Below are positions 58,418-64,000 of a stretch of 64,000 nucleotides of DNA, piece by piece. Position 1 is the first letter of the stretch, and every line of letters begins with the position of its first letter. The notes under the pieces are model-generated. The model was not told the origin of the DNA. It worked only from the letters and a program-made list of their open reading frames with translations, and did no database searches. Location of the stretch: contig CAZPOG010000001.1 in the NCBI GenBank assembly GCA_964588105.1, positions 53-64,052 on the forward strand, read 5' to 3'. A program made the position numbers and the translations under genes. The stretch is from an uncultured Ruminococcus sp. (GTDB taxonomy: Bacteria > Bacillota > Clostridia > Oscillospirales > Acutalibacteraceae).

Positions 58418-61400
58418 TTATCTTTCATCACGGCTGCTTCGGCTGCGGTCGGAAATATCGTCCTCAACCTCGGCAGTCTCGCCGCTGAAGAGCTCAGCGT
58501 CATCCTTTCTGTCCATATCCAGTAAAGCGTTGAGCTCGTTCAAACGGTTGGTTTTTGTCCGCAGTTCTTCTTCCTGCGGAAACGGTTTTTTGACCTCGAC
58601 CTTTGCGGTCTCATACTGCTTTTGGATATTTTCAAGATCGGATTCCATCAGCTCCAGCCGTTTTTCCAAGCCTTCAAGGACATTATCAAGACGGGTGATA
58701 TTGCCGAAAACATCCGTTCCGAGTTCAACATCGTGGCTGATCCTGCCCTTAAGTCTGATCTCATAATGACGGGAGATCGTATCGAAATACAGCTCCATAT
58801 CAAAGCCGCGATAAGAACCGAGATGAAAGGCATCGGATGACTGCATCGCTTTACAGGCGTCAAGAATTGCTTGTCCCGCTTTTGCTTTGTCATCATAAAA
58901 AACGCCCTTGATCTCCATTCCGACGAAAGCGTCGTTGATGGATTTCGGGTACTGCTGTACTATCCGTATATTCTCTTTTAACCCTTCGATCGCTCCTTTT
59001 ACGGATGAGATCTTCTGAGGATAATACTTCAGGATTTTATCCTCGAGATCATACTTTTCCGACAGAAAGCCTGCCTTGATCAACTGCAGCTTCTGAACGT
59101 CGATATCCAGCTCCATCTTCTCCTTGATGAACGGATTACCCGTAGCCAGCATTTTGATTTCGGCATATGACAGTGCCATGAGATCAACATCTTCTGCGGA
59201 GCGCACGGGCGTTTTGGAGGTCATAATCTGAGAACAGAACTTCTGTTTGCTCTCGACGAGCTGATACAGATATGCGTCAAAAGTCTCTTCGGTAACATAA
59301 CGATAGATATCCACTTCATCGTTTTCATTACCCTGACGGATGATGCGGCCTGAACGCTGTTCCATGTCGCTCGGACGCCAAGGACAATCAAGATCGTGCA
59401 TAGAAACAAGCTTATTCTGCGCGTTGGTTCCGGCGCCCATTTTCTGGGTGGAGCCAAGCAGAATCCTCACCTCTCCCCTGCGCACCTTACGGAACAAATC
59501 AAGCTTCTGCGCCTCGGTCTTGGCATCGTGAATAAAGGCGATTTCGTTCTCGGGAATACCGCGTGCGATGAGCTTTTCCCTGATATCCGTATAGACTGAG
59601 AACTCATTTTTCTTCGGTGTGGAAAGGTCGCAGAACAGAAGCTGAGTGAGTTGTTTCTCAGCCGTTTTCTGCCAGATATCATAAACATTCTGCACACAGG
59701 CGTTGACCTTGCTGCCTTCAAAATCAGGCAGAATCGGATTGAGCAGACGCTGGTCCAACGCGAGTTTTCTGCCGTCGTTGGTAATATTGAGCATATTATC
59801 CACGCTGGCGTCGACCATCCTATTACGGATTTTTTCCGCTCTTTTGGCAAGTCCCGCGACCATATCCTTCTGGACCTGAGACGGTTTGACGGCGATATTA
59901 TGGTAGTTTGCTTTCGGAACAGGCAACTCAAGCATATCCGAAGTCTGGATATCTGCCACCTGCCGAAACATTGACATCAACTCGGGAAGATTATAAAAAC
60001 GGGCGAACCGCACCTTGGAACGATAGCCGGTTCCCTCCGGCGTCAGCTCAACTGCCGACACTGTTTCACCGAAGGTTGACGCCCACGCGTCAAAGTGCTG
60101 GAGGTCATTCTTCACAAGCGTTTCATACTGTAAATACCGCTGAATCGTATACAGCTCCACCATAGAATTAGAGATTGGCGTTCCTGTGGCAAACACGGTG
60201 CCGCGGCTGCCTGTCAGCTCATCGAGATACCTGCATTTCATAAAAAGATCAGAGGACTTCTGCGCCTCAGTCTGCGCGATTCCGCCGACATTTCTCATTT
60301 TTGTATACAGATACAGATTCTTATAGTAGTGGCTTTCATCGACAAAAAGGCGGTCGACACCTAATTCCTCGAAGGTGACGACATCATCCTTGTTATCCTG
60401 TGCGTTGAGTTTTTCGAGCTTTGTCCGGATCGCACGGCGGCTCTTTTCGAGCTGCTTTACCGTGAATTTATCACCGTGATTCTCGCTTAATTCAAGAATA
60501 CCGTCGGTGATATCCTCCAGCTGTCTTTTCAGCATTGCCTTCTGACGTTCTATGCTGATCGGGATTTTTTCGAACTGACTGTGACCGATAATCACTGCGT
60601 CATAGTCGCCTGTGGCGATCCTTCCGCAGAACCGGCGTCGGTTTTTCTTCTCAAAATCCTTCTTGGTGGAAACTAATATATTCGCGGCGGGATACAACTG
60701 TAAAAACTCCGCCGCCCACTGTTCCGTCAGGTGATTCGGCACCACAAACAGCGATTTATTGCACAAACCGAGCCTCTTGCTTTCCATTGCCGCCGCAGCC
60801 ATTTCGTAGGTCTTACCGGCGCCTACCGCATGAGCGAGCAATGTATTTCCTCCGTAAAGGATATGAGCCACCGCGTTACGCTGGTGCTCCCGAAGCGTGA
60901 TCTCAGGATTCATACCGACAAAGCTGATATGAGATCCGTCGTATTCTCTCGGACGGTATGTGTTGAATTTATCGTTATACAGACGGCACAGCCGTTCCCG
61001 GCGTGACGGATCAGACCATATCCAGTCCTGAAAGCTCTGCTTGACGTTTTCCTGCTTTGCAAGAGCAAGAGCTGTTTCCTTCTTGTTCAAGACAGGTTTA
61101 CGCTTGCCGTTGGGTTCTTCGATGTAATCGTAGATCCTGACGTCTTTCAAATTGAGCGTCTGTTCAATGATCTGATAAGCGTTGATCCTGTCTGTCCCGA
61201 AGGTGGAATATGCCTTGACATTTGTTCTGTCATATGTTTTGTTTTCTATATTCCATTCTCCTGTCAGCGGCGAAAAATGAACTTTGATTTTCCATCTGGC
61301 GTAGTATGGCGTGTCCAGCAGATCATAGATAAAATCCTGTACATCCTCGATCGGGAGCCACGTTGCGCCGAGACGAACAGATATCTCGGACGCCTTCAGA

Positions 61401-64000
61401 TCTTCGGGCTGTACCTTCTCCAGCATTTCCACATTCACTGCGTAATCCTGTGGATATAACTGAGCAGAACGCCGAGCAGTTTCAAGCTTCTCGCGGACAT
61501 TGCCGGACAAATACTCATCGCTCGTCAGATACTTTTGAGAGCTGCCTTCGCTGCCGTTGCCGTACAAAGGATTCAAAAAGATAACACCTTTCAGATCCTC
61601 GCAGATCTTTTCCTCGGACAATCCCGAGAGCTCGCACATATATCCCATATCTACACGGGCTTTTTCTTCCATAGAGACCGCAAGCGCCTCCGAAGCGGTA
61701 TCCACAGACACGGTCGGGGTATGAGGCTTGATCGTCCTTTTGGTGAAGATATCCGCTTTTCGTTCGAGATTGCCTTCTTCATCCAGTATCTCCAATGCAG
61801 ATATGAGTGAATAGGAGCTGTCCATCGAAAAAGCGGCGGTATTGGCTCTGGAGTTGATCAGACCGTATTTCTTTGTAAACCCATCATAGAGAGCGTTCAG
61901 CCGCCTTTGTTCAGCTTGAACTTCCGTATCCGGATAATCGTTCAACTGCATTTCCAAGAGTGTACGAACGCAGTCGCGGATCGGTATCATCCCTTTGATA
62001 CGGTTCTTTGCTGTCTCGGAGATATCTATCGGCGTCATCCGGCTGTTCTCACGATAGTAGATCTCTCCGTCAAGTATCGTGAAAGAGAAATTCCTGACGT
62101 CGGGATCAGCGGGGATCGAGTTATCTTCCTCAATATCCCCGTCAAGCTCATAATCGACGATCTCTCCGTGGATATTGGCAACAGCTTCATCAAGAAGCTC
62201 TTTGAGATCGGTACCCTCATACGGGACACAATCAGGCGTCATTCCAAAACGTCCCGACACGAGTTTCATCTCGCCGAGAATCATTTCAGGATGCTCAATG
62301 AAATAGCTGTTCATCGTAATACCGTTTTCATCGGTACCGAGATGAACCCACGAAGGCTCTATGTCGATAATACGGTCTCGCTTTTGCAGGATCAGAATAT
62401 CCGACACGGCGTCTGTTCCCGCGTTTCCTCTGAAGGTATTGTTGGGTAACCGGATCGCGCCGAGCAGATCCGCCCGCTGCGCGATATATCTTCGGACAGC
62501 TGGATTTTCTTTATCCATCGTACCGCGTGAGGTCACCAAAGCCATCACTCCGCCCGGACGCAGTTTGTCCAGTGATTTTGCGAAGAAATAGTCGTGAATC
62601 AGAAAATGATGCTTATCGTACCGCTTATCTGAAACACGCAGATCACCGAAAGGAACATTGCCGACGACCGCATCAAAGAAGCTGTCGGGTATTTCTGCCT
62701 GTTCATAAGGCTGTGCCGCTATGGAAGATTTCTGATAGAGCTGCTGGGCAATTCCTGCAGAAACGGTATCGATTTCAACACCGAAAACGCGGCTTTCGCT
62801 CATAGAAGCGGGCAGCATCCCGATAAAGTTACCGATACCGCAGGAAGGCTCCAAAATGTTACCGCGTTGAAAGCCCATATTCTCCATAACCTTGTAGATA
62901 GCTGAAATGACAGCAGGAGGCGTATAAAACGCGGTCAGGGTGCTCGCACGGGCAGAAGCGTATTCTTCCTCTGTCAACCCATTGAGCAGTACATTGTATT
63001 CCGATTCCCACGACGGATTATTCTCATCAAACGCTTCGGGAATACCGCCCCATCCGACATATTTAGAGAGGATGACCTGTTCTTCCGGTGTCGCAAAACG
63101 GTTATCCTTCTGACAGGATTTCAGTGTACGGATTGCGTTTATATTTCGGTTAAAACGCTCTTTCTTTCCGACTGTCTCCACTTCGCTTGAAGCAAGGTCA
63201 AATGTATGGCGCTGAGACATCGGGATTTCGGGATGGAGATCAAAGGTTTGTGCTTTAGTTCTCGGCTGCTGCTCCCAAGCCGGGATCAGTTCGTCAGCAT
63301 TTTGCGTCTGCACAGGTTGTCCTGCGATAGCTCTTCTGACTAAATCCGCTTTTTCTCTGCGAAAAACGGGATATCCGGTCTCTCGTTCAAAGGTGAGATC
63401 TCGCAGTAGTACCTCTCCGCGTTCACTGACGTCCTCGATTTGAAAATCACGGTCGTCGATCTGAACCGTTCTGCCGATGTGTTCTGCTGCGATTACATCA
63501 TCCGGTCTGAGATCGATCACTACGGAACGGAGCTTTATTTCGTCGGAATCGACTTCTTTTTGCTCATCTATTCCCTCGTAAAACGGTGCAAGTTCTTCCT
63601 CGCTGACATAGACAAGATCACCGAATTCCATTTCCTGTAAACCTTGATCCACCAACTCCTGCAAGGAATCAAATGATTCTGTACGAACGACTTGTTCGTC
63701 AACCGTAGTTACGATACTGAAATCCTCAAGATCAGCATAAGACTGTATCTCATGTGATCCGTCCTCGGTTTCGGTATACGCTAAATTTACTTTTGACAGA
63801 TCATCGAAATCAGCGCTGTGGTGAAACTCCCTATGGCAAAACTCGTTGATGAGGTCCTTTGCTCGTTCAAGCATTATGATAAGCTCTGATTGTCCTATTA
63901 TCGGACTGTCTACGATCTCAAAGCTGCGCAGAGGGTGCGGCAGATCATCGACATAGCTGTGCGGAACAACTTTACCGTCTTTGTCCCGATACAGATAAAG
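58418..64000 (-). CDS. SNF2-family helicase fused to N6 DNA methyltransferase (DarB-like), 5' partial
   Basis: LEPSCGIGNF, GNVPFG, AVGAGKT, VDESH, HDLDCPWRP. The frame is open from 63874 to the window edge. Confidence 0.92.
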   Translation of the reverse strand, partial: LYLYRDKDGKVVPHSYVDDLPHPLRSFEIVDSPIIGQSELIIMLERAKDLINEFCHREFHHSADFDDLSKVNLAYTETEDGSHEIQSYADLEDFSIVTTVDEQVVRTESFDSLQELVDQGLQEMEFGDLVYVSEEELAPFYEGIDEQKEVDSDEIKLRSVVIDLRPDDVIAAEHIGRTVQIDDRDFQIEDVSERGEVLLRDLTFERETGYPVFRREKADLVRRAIAGQPVQTQNADELIPAWEQQPRTKAQTFDLHPEIPMSQRHTFDLASSEVETVGKKERFNRNINAIRTLKSCQKDNRFATPEEQVILSKYVGWGGIPEAFDENNPSWESEYNVLLNGLTEEEYASARASTLTAFYTPPAVISAIYKVMENMGFQRGNILEPSCGIGNFIGMLPASMSESRVFGVEIDTVSAGIAQQLYQKSSIAAQPYEQAEIPDSFFDAVVGNVPFGDLRVSDKRYDKHHFLIHDYFFAKSLDKLRPGGVMALVTSRGTMDKENPAVRRYIAQRADLLGAIRLPNNTFRGNAGTDAVSDILILQKRDRIIDIEPSWVHLGTDENGITMNSYFIEHPEMILGEMKLVSGRFGMTPDCVPYEGTDLKELLDEAVANIHGEIVDYELDGDIEEDNSIPADPDVRNFSFTILDGEIYYRENSRMTPIDISETAKNRIKGMIPIRDCVRTLLEMQLNDYPDTEVQAEQRRLNALYDGFTKKYGLINSRANTAAFSMDSSYSLISALEILDEEGNLERKADIFTKRTIKPHTPTVSVDTASEALAVSMEEKARVDMGYMCELSGLSEEKICEDLKGVIFLNPLYGNGSEGSSQKYLTSDEYLSGNVREKLETARRSAQLYPQDYAVNVEMLEKVQPEDLKASEISVRLGATWLPIEDVQDFIYDLLDTPYYARWKIKVHFSPLTGEWNIENKTYDRTNVKAYSTFGTDRINAYQIIEQTLNLKDVRIYDYIEEPNGKRKPVLNKKETALALAKQENVKQSFQDWIWSDPSRRERLCRLYNDKFNTYRPREYDGSHISFVGMNPEITLREHQRNAVAHILYGGNTLLAHAVGAGKTYEMAAAAMESKRLGLCNKSLFVVPNHLTEQWAAEFLQLYPAANILVSTKKDFEKKNRRRFCGRIATGDYDAVIIGHSQFEKIPISIERQKAMLKRQLEDITDGILELSENHGDKFTVKQLEKSRRAIRTKLEKLNAQDNKDDVVTFEELGVDRLFVDESHYYKNLYLYTKMRNVGGIAQTEAQKSSDLFMKCRYLDELTGSRGTVFATGTPISNSMVELYTIQRYLQYETLVKNDLQHFDAWASTFGETVSAVELTPEGTGYRSKVRFARFYNLPELMSMFRQVADIQTSDMLELPVPKANYHNIAVKPSQVQKDMVAGLAKRAEKIRNRMVDASVDNMLNITNDGRKLALDQRLLNPILPDFEGSKVNACVQNVYDIWQKTAEKQLTQLLFCDLSTPKKNEFSVYTDIREKLIARGIPENEIAFIHDAKTEAQKLDLFRKVRRGEVRILLGSTQKMGAGTNAQNKLVSMHDLDCPWRPSDMEQRSGRIIRQGNENDEVDIYRYVTEETFDAYLYQLVESKQKFCSQIMTSKTPVRSAEDVDLMALSYAEIKMLATGNPFIKEKMELDIDVQKLQLIKAGFLSEKYDLEDKILKYYPQKISSVKGAIEGLKENIRIVQQYPKSINDAFVGMEIKGVFYDDKAKAGQAILDACKAMQSSDAFHLGSYRGFDMELYFDTISRHYEIRLKGRISHDVELGTDVFGNITRLDNVLEGLEKRLELMESDLENIQKQYETAKVEVKKPFPQEEELRTKTNRLNELNALLDMDRKDDAELFSGETAEVEDDISDRSRSSRDER

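Overview
Firmicute DNA, probably Ruminococcus/Oscillospiraceae-like (a type I dockerin is present). It has three blocks. (1) About 1-21.7 kb is an AT-rich defence/accessory island ending at a tRNA 3'-end att remnant (21671-21695). It carries a Xer-like tyrosine recombinase, a SLOG protein, a HipA-like kinase pair, a nuclease-STAND (Avs4-like) operon with a large PLD-like partner, a HAD hydrolase, MNT-HEPN, an orphan tnpV, a guanylate-kinase/N-glycosidase fusion and type II Thoeris. (2) About 21.9-24.1 kb is an acyl-CoA ligase gene with one in-frame TAG, bracketed by two oppositely oriented ~21-bp-period repeat arrays. (3) 24.5-64 kb is a Tn1549-like ICE on the minus strand (SNF2/methylase, mobC, relaxase, pcfB, virD4, maff2, virB6, prgI, virB4, srtB, CHAP). 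Its relaxase is split exactly in the HLHCH (HUH) motif by a 20.9-kb serine-recombinase/MOBQ mobilisable element (35847-56750). That element has a TG core, symmetrical att arms and a promoter that forms only on circularisation. Its cargo includes a Lit-like peptidase, an NYN protein, methyltransferases, and an unusual methyltransferase / 2TM protein / split PEP-dikinase / HIT operon. All family assignments are from motif recognition and recall; no database searches were run.
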